Source: Mayamaea pseudoterrestris
Taxonomy: Eukaryota
Direction: 5' to 3'
Assembly (NCBI GenBank): GCA_027923505.1
Contig: BROI01000002.1
Span: 930,001-994,000, forward strand
DNA: 64,000 nt
Shown: positions 11,176-21,430 of the stretch, piece by piece
Position numbering within the stretch: position 1 is the first letter of the stretch
How the letters are laid out: each line of letters opens with the position of its first letter
Program-made: the position numbers and the translations under genes
The notes under the pieces: model-generated
Told to the model about the DNA's origin: nothing
Database searches by the model: none
The model's input: the letters and a program-made list of their open reading frames with translations, nothing else

Positions 11176-12708
11176 CTATGTCAAGCTCATGAGCTCACGC
11201 ATCATTAACTCATCTTGTTTTCTCACGAAGCGTCCCTTCACGCGCAATCGTGAATCCGCAAAGTTCTTACGGACATCGTATTTAATCGTCTTGCTCCAGA
11301 CCCGATGGTTGCGTTTAGACAAGAATCGGTCAATGCGAACCTTGCGCGAGTCGGGAGAGTATGCCCCAACCCAGCCATCTGGGCGGTCAACGTGCAAAAG
11401 ACCAGCCGAGTCGACATATTGGTTCAAGTTTGGATCGCTCCATGTTCGTGGTCGGCCCGAACCTGGAATATGCTCATGCACCTCATCCAAATCGAGTTCG
11501 GCTTGTTTCTTTTCTCTCTTCTTGTACGTCGTCTTAGGTTTCACAGGCTTGGCCAGATCCAAACTTTCGGCAAGCATGCTTTTGTTTTCGGGAGCCGAGC
11601 TGCGTCGTGGTGCAGTAATACGAATTCCCTTTGGCCCCTTGAGTTTGATAGTCGGATTGACGTCAAAGACGTGCTTCGTCGGCACGGCAGCCGCCTTTTG
11701 CTTGGCAGTTTGTTTCTTGGGCGGGTCCAACAAGGCTGAAAAGAGTGAATTGGACCTCATGCGTCGCTCCTGGTCCGAAAGAAACGAGTCGACCAAGGGA
11801 CTCGCCGCCGCCGATGATACGGCTTGCGATGGCATGGGCATGATCGAGTCAGAATCATGACCCATGAAATCACCTGCGAAATCTAAATCTCCAATACCAT
11901 CATCATGGTATCCTGCAAAGCTGGCTTTTCTTGGATTCGATACATGCTGACTACTGGAAGAGACATGATACGGCTGCGCCTGACTCGCTCGTGCATTACC
12001 TTGTTCCTGCTGTTCGACATCGCCGCGAAGTGGTTCGATAGTTCCACCAGTGACATAATCCGTCTCTTCCGCCTTCATGTTCATAAAATCCAAATCCAAG
12101 TCTCCAAGCAAATCCAAATCAGCCGGAAGACGATGCTGAAGACTCCCAGAACTAATCATTTCCTCCAGCATGGTCGGATCACCTTGTTGCTCATACAAAT
12201 CCAGCGCATGCTGCAGTTCAGAGTCACCCAAAATGATCAAATCCTTCAACACCGCCTTGGTGGACTGATCCAACAAGCCTCGATCCTGCAAATAGTCGGA
12301 CGCGCTCTGCAAACGCCCGGAAATACTTCCACTCCGAGATCGCTTGGCAAAGTGCGACGTTTCGTAGGAACTCACCACTGGAGGTGTGTGCGAAAACGGC
12401 AGATTGGAGTCAATCATTGAAGTCATGAATCCTGATCCAGTGGAACCTTGGGAGCTTGCTTGCGATGGTGGCTGCTGCATCATGTGCTGCGGCAAGGGAA
12501 TCGATTTGAACGGAACTGGAATCGATTGACTCGTTGTTGCTTTGCTGTTGTGATGACTGCTGCTGGGTTGGTGCACGTCCAACGACTGCAGCAGCATGTC
12601 GCGTTCCGACTCGGTGAGCATGGTGCTAATGCTTTCACCTCGCGAGCGAGTATAGTAGTAGGAGTCGTCGTTGTTGCGGGCGTTGGCGTCCGACATGCTT
12701 GTCTTCAT
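11176..12708 (-). CDS. CCT-domain (CONSTANS/TOC1-type) putative transcriptional regulator
   Basis: C-terminal GAYSPDSRKVRIDRFLSKRNHRVWSKTIKYDVRKNFADSRLRVKGRFVRK is a CCT motif. First in-frame ATG is at 12708. Confidence 0.9.
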   Translation of the reverse strand: MKTSMSDANARNNDDSYYYTRSRGESISTMLTESERDMLLQSLDVHQPSSSHHNSKATTSQSIPVPFKSIPLPQHMMQQPPSQASSQGSTGSGFMTSMIDSNLPFSHTPPVVSSYETSHFAKRSRSGSISGRLQSASDYLQDRGLLDQSTKAVLKDLIILGDSELQHALDLYEQQGDPTMLEEMISSGSLQHRLPADLDLLGDLDLDFMNMKAEETDYVTGGTIEPLRGDVEQQEQGNARASQAQPYHVSSSSQHVSNPRKASFAGYHDDGIGDLDFAGDFMGHDSDSIMPMPSQAVSSAAASPLVDSFLSDQERRMRSNSLFSALLDPPKKQTAKQKAAAVPTKHVFDVNPTIKLKGPKGIRITAPRRSSAPENKSMLAESLDLAKPVKPKTTYKKREKKQAELDLDEVHEHIPGSGRPRTWSDPNLNQYVDSAGLLHVDRPDGWVGAYSPDSRKVRIDRFLSKRNHRVWSKTIKYDVRKNFADSRLRVKGRFVRKQDELMMRELMSLT

Positions 12709-13141
12709 CGGATCGGATGCAGTAGTAGTTGGAATTAAGACGTGTAAAAGTAGTCTTGATGTTTGCAAGAATTTCGGACAAATAATGTCGTACACTAGTT
12801 GCGCTCGTAGTCAGCACTCGAGTGGTAATTCAGTAGTCTATGAACCTCTTTCGGCAGAATGTCTACTGCAGTTTGCTTTTATCCTCGTGTGTTAGCCTCC
12901 AAAATATTCCTGCCGCGCGCTGTGACCCAGCTGGCCTTCGCAGAAGGAATCTGTCGTGGCCGCTTCGCGATGGGTTTCGCCGCATCGCGTCGCCATACTT
13001 TTCAGTAACGCTTTCTAACGATGCGACAAACAGAATGATGATGAGCTCGCCATCGCTCGCTCCATCAATTACTCGCTGCTTGCCTTTGTTTTCAACCTTG
13101 CCAATCGTTTCGCACTTTTCTTATATACAATAGCAAATACC

Positions 13142-14368
13142 ATGTCTGATTCCGATTCATCATCCGACGATGACATTGCCACATTAATGTCAAAGGCGAA
13201 GCAGCAAACCATGCGCCAGCAGCAGCGAGCTCAAGACAGTGCTAGTGAGGACGACGACGACGACGACTCGAGCGTTGAAGCAATCAGCGCCAGCAAAACT
13301 GCGGCTTATTCTAAATCACCGCTTGAAGCATTCAATGTTTCGCAAAAGGCAGCAGCGACGTTTGGTGATAGTAGCAGTGATGAGGACGATGACAACGTCC
13401 AAGACTGCAAGCCGATTTCCGCTCCGGCGCCAGCGAAACGCATCGTCGACCCGCGCAAAATTACAGTATCGGTCAAGAAAATTAGCGATGATCTGTCAAT
13501 AAACAATAGTCACCAAGATTTTAAACCGAAAGCAAGCCAAGATGTGAAACCGAGAGCAAACCAAGACAAGGACATTATTGAAATTGTTTCCAGCAACGAA
13601 AAGCCATTGTACCTTTCCTCGAGCGACGAGGACGAGCGGCGCCAACGACGACGAGGCGCATTCAAAAGCAATAAGCAAATGCAGGCGCTCGAGGCTGCCC
13701 AAATTGAACTATCGAAGGCGCAGCGCTACAAGTCGACCAAGCAAGTCGCATCGCCGTCACTTTCTCCGAGCAAGCGAACGCGCGTTGCAGTGGAAACATT
13801 GACATTGATCATTGAATGCAAACTAATGCTTCATGGCAGTCTAAAGTCCCACAAGACTGTCCAGTTGCGTGTTTTGAGCTCGACGCTGCTGTCTCAGATT
13901 CATGAGGATCTACTCAAAGCTTGCGATTTGACAAGAAACACGGCAGTTGTTTCAACATTGTCCTGTAATGACCGAGTCATTGGGAAGACGGCGGCTGCCT
14001 TGAGCAAGACGTTGCTAGCAGCTTGCCCAACGATCAAGTCTGGAAGCGCACTGCATGCAACCTTGCATTTGACGGGCTTGACGGCGTCAGCCAAGGACAT
14101 GGCAAGGGAGGTTCACGAGACGGACGAAAAGAAGTTTGGTAAGTCCATAAGGATTTGCCTGCGGCGGACGGTGGATCGAAAGGATGACAGGGAGGAATGG
14201 AGCATTCGCCAACGAGAGCCTTTCATAAACCTAATGACAAAGTATTCTGAAAAGCACCTGATAAAGGTTGTCTTTAAATTTGATGGACAGGTGCTTGGGC
14301 CCGACACCAGCCCGAAGGATCATGATATGGAGCATGAAGACTTGATTGATGTCGTTGTAATGAATTAG
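13142..14368 (+). CDS. Rad60/Esc2/NIP45-like (RENi) protein with SUMO-like domain(s)
   Basis: Disordered acidic N-terminus with a SIM-like IIEIVSS. C-terminal FKFDGQVLGPDTSPKDHDMEHEDLIDVVV is a SUMO-like domain without a terminal GG. Confidence 0.8.
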   Translation: MSDSDSSSDDDIATLMSKAKQQTMRQQQRAQDSASEDDDDDDSSVEAISASKTAAYSKSPLEAFNVSQKAAATFGDSSSDEDDDNVQDCKPISAPAPAKRIVDPRKITVSVKKISDDLSINNSHQDFKPKASQDVKPRANQDKDIIEIVSSNEKPLYLSSSDEDERRQRRRGAFKSNKQMQALEAAQIELSKAQRYKSTKQVASPSLSPSKRTRVAVETLTLIIECKLMLHGSLKSHKTVQLRVLSSTLLSQIHEDLLKACDLTRNTAVVSTLSCNDRVIGKTAAALSKTLLAACPTIKSGSALHATLHLTGLTASAKDMAREVHETDEKKFGKSIRICLRRTVDRKDDREEWSIRQREPFINLMTKYSEKHLIKVVFKFDGQVLGPDTSPKDHDMEHEDLIDVVVMN

Positions 14369-15430
14369 AATTTGTTTTACATCTGTAAGCCGACAGCGTG
14401 GCACAATATATTATTCAGTGTTTGGCGTGCCTTTTGCTATATACAGTCTCTAGACGAAACGCATCGAGGCAATCACTATGCGGCGAGCTGCAATTTGTCC
14501 CAAATGCTGGGTGCTGAACCTATAAAGCATGTACGTAGACAGCGACTGTATACGTAATACAGGCTCATGGTCCCGCAGGCCGCCTCTGCACCGTTACTGC
14601 CTCCAACTGGCTGGTAACTGCAGCACGTAGAAATAGTACCAGCCTGTACGCAAGTCATTTCCAATGAGACTGTCCGACGCGCAATGCAACGAAAGCGACT
14701 CCGCGCACGGAGTACACTCCATTTGATAGTCCGTCCAAGTTTGTCACGTGCGGCGAGTCAAAGGCACGCATGCCACCCCAAGTGTCCTGGTACAAGATCC
14801 ACGTAGCTTCCACACAGACGAACCCGCACATACACGCGCGACTGATCTTGGCACCCGCTATTTAACGCACATATCCGAATAGTTACCGTCTGCGCGCCCG
14901 CCAGCTTTGGCGATGGCTGCGCCTCGCAGAGACCAACCGCCGAGGCATTGGATGCCGACCATACTTTTTTGACGTGCGCAGCCGCAACAACGACTCGCGC
15001 CGATCGAAATAACAAAATCGACAATATGTAAGCGCCGACAATGAGAGAATAGATAGTGGTGGTTGCTTGTGTTGTTGCTGGGTGATCATGGAGAGGAAGA
15101 GGCGGATCCTGATCCATTGAGGCAATCGATACTTTGGTAGTATCAGATGCATGATTCGGTCGGACGGTCACGCCTTGTTCTTTGCGATTCGACTGACCAG
15201 GGCCTAAGAAGCTGCTTGCCCGACCATGTCGAGTAAAACGGCAAAGCTATATGCATACTTGCATACATCATGCTAATCTATTCATGACAGAGACTTGATA
15301 AAAGGCTTGGTTGTCCATCGCGGGTCGCTTGTCGCTTCAATCTCGTCGCTGAAATTGGGAGTCGCTTCGATTGGAACGTCACTCTCTCACACAATGATAC
15401 CTTTTACATTATTTACTCTTCAGGTCAAGC

Positions 15431-17341
15431 ATGGACATTGAACACTCCCAAGGTCTCGAGGCTATCTCTGCACCAGCAGTCGCTGTGCGCAAGCCCAAGA
15501 AGGTGACGAGTCTACGAAAATGGGGACCCGCCATGATTGCCGTTGCCTTTGTGGTGGCAATCAACGCTTTCATGTTTTCCAGCGGCGCCCCCGAGCTTTC
15601 CGACCAGTATAAGCGACGTCTCGTCTTGGCGGCGGAGCGTACTGCTGCTGTCGAGTCAATGCAAGGCAGTCCGTCATCGAAGCAAGGCTTTGGATCGCGA
15701 TCACTCAGCGAGGATGAGGGGGGTGTCATGGAGTACACGCGCCGCCGCCATCGTTACCTTGGCGACTATGTGCACGTTGACAAGTCTGGAGACTTTTCTC
15801 TCTTTGGAAAGATCTCGACCTCGCTTATTTACTTTGCCTTTTGGGTCTTTCTCATGTTTCCCAATTGGTTTCTTCCCATTGGACGCCCTGGTATTGCTCT
15901 TGGTGGAGGTTTGGGCATGGTTGTCTGGCGCTTTATTCTTCAGTCAACTGGGCATGGACCTTACTTTGATGCCGAGCATGTCATTATCATGGAGCCGCTC
16001 TTTTTGCTCTTTGGTCTCATGCTTACCACCATTTACATTGAAAAGATGGAGCGCGGAGGTCTCTTTGACAAGCTTCGCGACTCTCTCGACGACCCTGTTA
16101 ACTGGAAGCGATCCTTCAAGATTATGGCCATGTCTACCATTGGTTCCGCCGCCGTCATGAACGACTCTGTCGTGCTCATCTTTTCCGGAGTCGTTGTCGA
16201 TCTTTGCGTCCGTCACAAGGTTGCCAACTCGCTTCCCTACTTGCTCAGTCTGGCCACCACTGCCAATATTGGATCCGCCTTGACCATGACTGGAAACCCG
16301 CAGAACATTTTGATCGTCTCGCTCGCCTATGACGACATTGGCTGGATTGAGTTTGCCGCTAACATGGTCTTGCCCGTCACTGTGGCTACCTTGATCAACG
16401 GCGTGATGATGTTTGTCTACTATGGCGCTGAACTCTTCCCAGGTACCTCTGGATTCGCTGAAAACTTTGGCATTGTGTTCCTTGGCAACCGTACACCAGA
16501 GATGCTCGCACAAGAGCATGCTTACTATGCCCGCCAAGCCAACAACAAGGAAGGATACGAAGAGCCTGTCGTGACTCACGGATGGTCCATCTGGTCAAAG
16601 ATCCAAGCAGTTATCTGCGTCATTTTCCTCATCTTTTTCGCCTGCGGTTTTGACGTTTGCGTCGTGTCCATCACCGCCGGAGCTCTTCTCATGGTTGTCG
16701 CCTCGTACAAGCGCCAGCACTATGACCCCAAGCCGTCGACGGTTCAGTACGATGACGATGGCAACCCATTGCCACCCAAGAAGACGTACGACATGGACGG
16801 TAACGAAATTGAGCCGGAGGAGGAAGAGCTTGTCACTGAATCTGAGACTACTTTGACGGAGGTTGACTACGGACTCCTCATGTTGTTCATTGGCCAGTTC
16901 CTTTTGATTGGATCATTTGATGACACTGGTGTTCCCCAAGCTTTCTTCAACTTGACCATGGGCAAGTGCGCCGAGCAAATGACCAACGGAGCCTGCGTCT
17001 ACTGGTTCGTCACCATTGTCATGATCCTTTCCAACATTGCTTCCAACGTGCCCGTCTGCCAGATGTTGGCCGCCACGTTCCCGTACGCAAGTCCCTACGA
17101 GTGGCTCCAAGTGTCCTTCTCCGCAACCATTGCCGGTAACTTGACCATGCTTGGATCTGCCGCCAATATGATTGTCGCCTTCCAGGCCGCCAAGGTTGGC
17201 GACCGAACCTTTACTTCGGAGCGACATGCACCATTTGGCATCCCATCAACGCTTGGCTGCCTGTACATTGGTACCTTTTTGCTGGCCATGGTTCACTTTT
17301 CACCCGAGTGCTCGGTTCGTCTTGGAGAATGCGACGAGTAA
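15431..17341 (+). CDS. Lsi2-like (ArsB/NhaD/CitMHS ion-transporter superfamily) putative silicon efflux transporter
   Basis: Motifs LPIGRPGIALGGG, NDSVVLIF, PYLLSLATTANIGSALTMTGNPQNILI, VDYGLLMLFIGQF, SNIASNVP, ATIAGNLTMLGSAANMIV, typical of plant Lsi2. Strong C-ending codon bias. The true start may be upstream (see findings). Confidence 0.88.
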   Translation: MDIEHSQGLEAISAPAVAVRKPKKVTSLRKWGPAMIAVAFVVAINAFMFSSGAPELSDQYKRRLVLAAERTAAVESMQGSPSSKQGFGSRSLSEDEGGVMEYTRRRHRYLGDYVHVDKSGDFSLFGKISTSLIYFAFWVFLMFPNWFLPIGRPGIALGGGLGMVVWRFILQSTGHGPYFDAEHVIIMEPLFLLFGLMLTTIYIEKMERGGLFDKLRDSLDDPVNWKRSFKIMAMSTIGSAAVMNDSVVLIFSGVVVDLCVRHKVANSLPYLLSLATTANIGSALTMTGNPQNILIVSLAYDDIGWIEFAANMVLPVTVATLINGVMMFVYYGAELFPGTSGFAENFGIVFLGNRTPEMLAQEHAYYARQANNKEGYEEPVVTHGWSIWSKIQAVICVIFLIFFACGFDVCVVSITAGALLMVVASYKRQHYDPKPSTVQYDDDGNPLPPKKTYDMDGNEIEPEEEELVTESETTLTEVDYGLLMLFIGQFLLIGSFDDTGVPQAFFNLTMGKCAEQMTNGACVYWFVTIVMILSNIASNVPVCQMLAATFPYASPYEWLQVSFSATIAGNLTMLGSAANMIVAFQAAKVGDRTFTSERHAPFGIPSTLGCLYIGTFLLAMVHFSPECSVRLGECDE

Positions 17342-17797
17342 ATACAGTAATAGCTTGCATAATGCAACATTTGTGGCACGTTAAATATACTTTTCTTGGT
17401 ATCATGTAAAGTAGTAGCCAGTATAGGGTTACACGCTGCCATGTGAGTAGCTTTAGCTTATACTACCGGTAGACCTATGTGTTTGGCATCAGCAGGCTGC
17501 TTCGCAAATGACAGTGAATAGCTAAAGTCATTACCGATCCGACGCGTCGATCGCGTGGCGCGGCGGTGCGACCAGTTGCAGCATCTGCCGCGCCAACATG
17601 GTGATGACATCAGTCGCTCGACACACAACACTGATCCCCATTTCGGCTGGCTTATTAACTCATCGAGACTCCACAAGACACGATCAAGCATTGCAATCAA
17701 GTAAAAGGATTTTGTTTAAAGTCTGAGAGCACTTGATTCATTTGCGTTTGAATTGGAACGAATAGACTCGGCGCAACCGACACTTCGAATATCTTCC

Positions 17798-18970
17798 ATG
17801 AGACGGAGAAACTGCAGCAAGCAAACTAGCATAACAAATGCAACCAGACTGTACATACTCTTGATATGTTGTAACATATATATACAAACGAATGCCTTTT
17901 CACCTGGGACCCAAGTATCTCGGTGTCGCGGCACGCAGCTACAACCATTGAACCTCATTCCATCATTCGACGATAACGAAAGACGTAGTAGCGTCGAGTC
18001 TTCGCGCAGTTCAATCACAAAGGACAATACACTTTTGAATCTACTTGAAAATAGTAGCCGCATTGATTCAGACTCGTTACTGCCACTCAATATTGCTGCC
18101 ATTGACGACGACATTGACGATCACATTTACAGAAATGCCATTCAACGAACTTTCGCCTGGGTTGGAGCAGCCATTGCCTTTGGAGCAGGCCTATGGATCA
18201 CAATGGGCGCCACGACGGGACAAGAGTTTTTCGCAGGCTACTTGGTGGAGCAAAGCTTGTCGGTGGACAATCTATTCGTCTTTTTGCTGCTATTCGACTA
18301 CTTCAAAGTGCCATTGGCCTATCAAAATCGAGTGTTGAACTGGGGTATTTACGGTGCCATTATATTTCGAGCAGTCATGATTGGACTAGGAGCGGCACTT
18401 TTGCAAAAGTTTCACGTTATTTTGCTAGTCTTTGCTGGAATTTTGGTGTATAGCTCGGCCAAGGTGTTTGCTGGCAGCAACGAAGAGGAGGACGAGGATG
18501 ATCCAAGCAATAACCAAATTGTCAAGTTCTCCAAAAGTCTCTTTCGATCGGTTGATTACTATGATGAGGATCGATTCTTTGTTCAAGTGGATGGAATGCG
18601 TGCAGCTACACCTCTGTTCATTTGCATGGTTGCTGTTGAAATCAGCGATATTGTGTTTGCGATTGACAGCATTCCAGCCGTCTTTGGAGTGACAACTAAT
18701 CCTTTGGTGGTATTTTCCTCCAATATTTTCGCCATTATGGGTCTGCGGAGTCTTTACACAGTCCTGTCCAAGGCGGCGACGGATCTTGTCTACCTGGAAC
18801 CAGCCGTTGCCTTGGTGCTTGGCTTTATCGGCAGCAAGATGATTCTCGAATATTTTGGCTATTGCATACCAACTCATATTGCTCTCTTGGTAGTCGGACT
18901 TCTTCTTGGTGGGGGAGTATTTGCGTCTGTGAGGGAGAAACAAGTTGAAGTTACTTCCGCGGATGATTAA
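17798..18970 (+). CDS. TERC: Thylakoid TerC-family integral membrane protein, plastid-targeted
   Basis: EFFAGYLVEQSLSVDNLFVF, QNRVLNWGIYGAIIFR, EISDIVFAIDSIPAVFGVT, SSNIFAIMGLRSLY. The signal peptide ends TNA-F (ASAF-like). Confidence 0.92.
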   Translation: MRRRNCSKQTSITNATRLYILLICCNIYIQTNAFSPGTQVSRCRGTQLQPLNLIPSFDDNERRSSVESSRSSITKDNTLLNLLENSSRIDSDSLLPLNIAAIDDDIDDHIYRNAIQRTFAWVGAAIAFGAGLWITMGATTGQEFFAGYLVEQSLSVDNLFVFLLLFDYFKVPLAYQNRVLNWGIYGAIIFRAVMIGLGAALLQKFHVILLVFAGILVYSSAKVFAGSNEEEDEDDPSNNQIVKFSKSLFRSVDYYDEDRFFVQVDGMRAATPLFICMVAVEISDIVFAIDSIPAVFGVTTNPLVVFSSNIFAIMGLRSLYTVLSKAATDLVYLEPAVALVLGFIGSKMILEYFGYCIPTHIALLVVGLLLGGGVFASVREKQVEVTSADD

Positions 18971-19273
18971 AGATATAGAAGGCATTGCGCCGTTACAGTA
19001 AATGCTACAGACCTGATAGAACTTTGCTACGACTATGTTCGTGAAATATGTATGTGAGCTCTTATTGCGTGTAGGAACGATCATTCGCTCGGTGCATGCA
19101 AAAGTGCAAAAGAGATGCTCCGAGGCATGTAGCTGACGCTCATCATTGAGGAATTCACAACCCGTAAAAAAAGTACGATCAAACTCGACAGTTTATCAAT
19201 AGGTAAGTAACTTGTTAACCACGAAATCATCTCTAAATGTACGTCATCTTTCAAACTTTGGTCTCATACAAGC

Positions 19274-20077
19274 CTATAGTATCGTGCACCCGCAACCTTG
19301 GCTTATCGGCGATGAATTTGCCGCCGCTGCCGCCAAGTCACTCGACCCACCACCGTCCAATTCCTTTCCACCCTTGCTCCTCTTGCTACTGGCTTCCTCC
19401 GCTGCCGATTCCGGTCGGACCGTCACATTGATTGGTGTCGGATGCGTCTTGAAGGTTGGAATCTGGCAGTCGGCCAATGTCTTTGAATCGGGCATTAAAT
19501 AACCCTTGCCCATGCAAATAAGACGTATTCGGTCACTCCCAGAGCAGTCTGGTAGGTCTGATCCAGAAAGGTTATATCTTAACAGAGTCAGCAGAGGAAT
19601 TAAACACTAACTATTTCTCCGTCAATTTCCTTCTTTCATTCAATACGCACCTTCTGGCCACACGGACAAGAGCGCACCCTTGGCTTGCGCGACGGTATCG
19701 TTTGGATCGCACTCAATCGTCACGGTCAATCCATCGCGATTCGCAAACAGAAAGCGCAACGTAATCTTGCTGGGATCGTACTTGTAGGGCGGCCTTGACT
19801 TTTTCGAGTTGGAAACAATGGCGCGCGCTGCTGCTGCAGCAGCTTCCGTTTCGAGATCGTCGTCGTCATTATTGCCATTAACTGATCCGTCAGTTCCTTC
19901 CGTTGCGGCTTCGTCGTCCTTGTCATTATTGTTGTTATCAATGTTTAAAATGTCCCTTGGTCCTTGGTAAAGACTGCTATCATTAGAAATTTCTGCTCGA
20001 CCTTCGTCAGTCATCGTTGATCCAGCAGGTGATTTATTCACGACAATATCGTCCGCTGCGGCTATAGCCTCTACCAT
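19274..20077 (-). CDS. UBL3: Membrane-anchored ubiquitin-fold protein (UBL3/MUB-like) with acidic N-terminal extension; 2 exons (20077..19651, 19557..19274)
   Basis: A 93-bp GT-AG intron joins ITLRFLFAN..DTVAQAKGALLSVWPE to DLP..RIRLICMGKGYL..KTLADC. The C-terminus GCGCTIL is a CaaX box with an upstream palmitoylatable Cys. Confidence 0.85.
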
Positions 20078-21430
20078 AACTCCAATAGCACTGGCTTTAT
20101 TGATATTACAAAGCTAGTGGTGTAGGTGTAGTTTGCCGCAGCTTTGTAGAACAGTATTCACCAAACGCAAAACAGACGATGAGGATCGCTAGTAAGCTTA
20201 TGTTCTTTCTTACTCGCGTTCCCTTCGTTCGATTACGTCGTTCCGCAGCACGGAACTTTCCCTTTTTCAAATAACAAAATGAGAGGCGAAAACGTTTCAA
20301 TAATTAGTTAACGCAAAGATGACGGCCATGGTGGAAGCGAGCTGGCTGCTGGCACCTTTTGGTGACGCGAGAGGGGGTCCCGTTAGAGTGACCAAGATTG
20401 CCGGTACGACTAGATAGCTATTTTGAATCTACCAGGTCCATCAAACTTTCCTACCAGACCAATATAATATGGAATTGGACCAACTACAAAGCATGCACTT
20501 GACCAATGAATACTATTAGCAGCTGAATTTGCTCCAGTGCAAGCATACTTTCAGAATGCAGCTACGTAGTCAGGCAGCTCATCGACGAGCGAGACACGAA
20601 CATGTCTTTTGCAAAGGCAATATCTGCCATCTTCTACTCCATCCCATTGCGCCCGCAATTCGTCCTAGGAGCATCAACACTTGCTATCAGAAGTGATCCA
20701 TCCCGAAGGTTACCAGAGCATTCTTGCGACATGTATCGCGCTTCATCCCATAAATTATGTAAGCGTTCAAGTTTCAAAAAGCAAAACTTCGCCTTGATGG
20801 AAATTTGGAGCCGATAATGACTACCTATAGTCGATGAGTGCACGGATAACCACGACACTTCAAAGCAGGTTGCACGGTAGGGCCGACATTTCGCAAATCA
20901 AGCAACGGACTATAACGACCATCATTGACCGACCACATGCCATCGACTGACTCGTAGTATGTCATGCATCATAAAACTTTAAATCCAAATTGAAGGCAAA
21001 GCATGAAGGACTGCGATAACTGCCGACTGTCACAATTTAAACGGGGCGGAGTTGATGGAACGTCGATGGATTACTTGCCCCTGAAACGTTGGAGGGACCA
21101 CTTACTACACCCGATCGTTGGCCCGTAGATCTCGGGCCGTCAGTCTTCTCGTCTCCTTGCTTTGATTCGTCTCTTTTTGAAGTTACGTCGCCGCCCCACT
21201 ATGCTGTCCCTTCTATATTAGAGCCCATCCAGCCTCTTTTATCAATAAGCAACCCACCCGGTGCTGACGTGATAGGAGGCCAAAATGTCCCTGACAACCG
21301 ATGATAGCTTACCCATCCAAAGGCGCGGCACCAATAGCAAATATTGGATCAGTCATCCGAATTGTGATGTGTTTACCTTTGATCCAAAATCCGATCGTAA
21401 ACATGGGTGCTAAATACATGCCTTCCCAAG

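Noticed and set aside
14758..15171. 137-aa minus-strand ORF upstream of the Lsi2-like gene
   Set aside because: GTG start, no homology cues, and it overlaps the likely promoter and first intron of the transporter.
21120..21138. Hairpin ggcccg-tagatct-cgggcc and a nearby U2-like gtgtagta
   Set aside because: A 6-bp stem is expected by chance, and the flanks do not match U2 snRNA.
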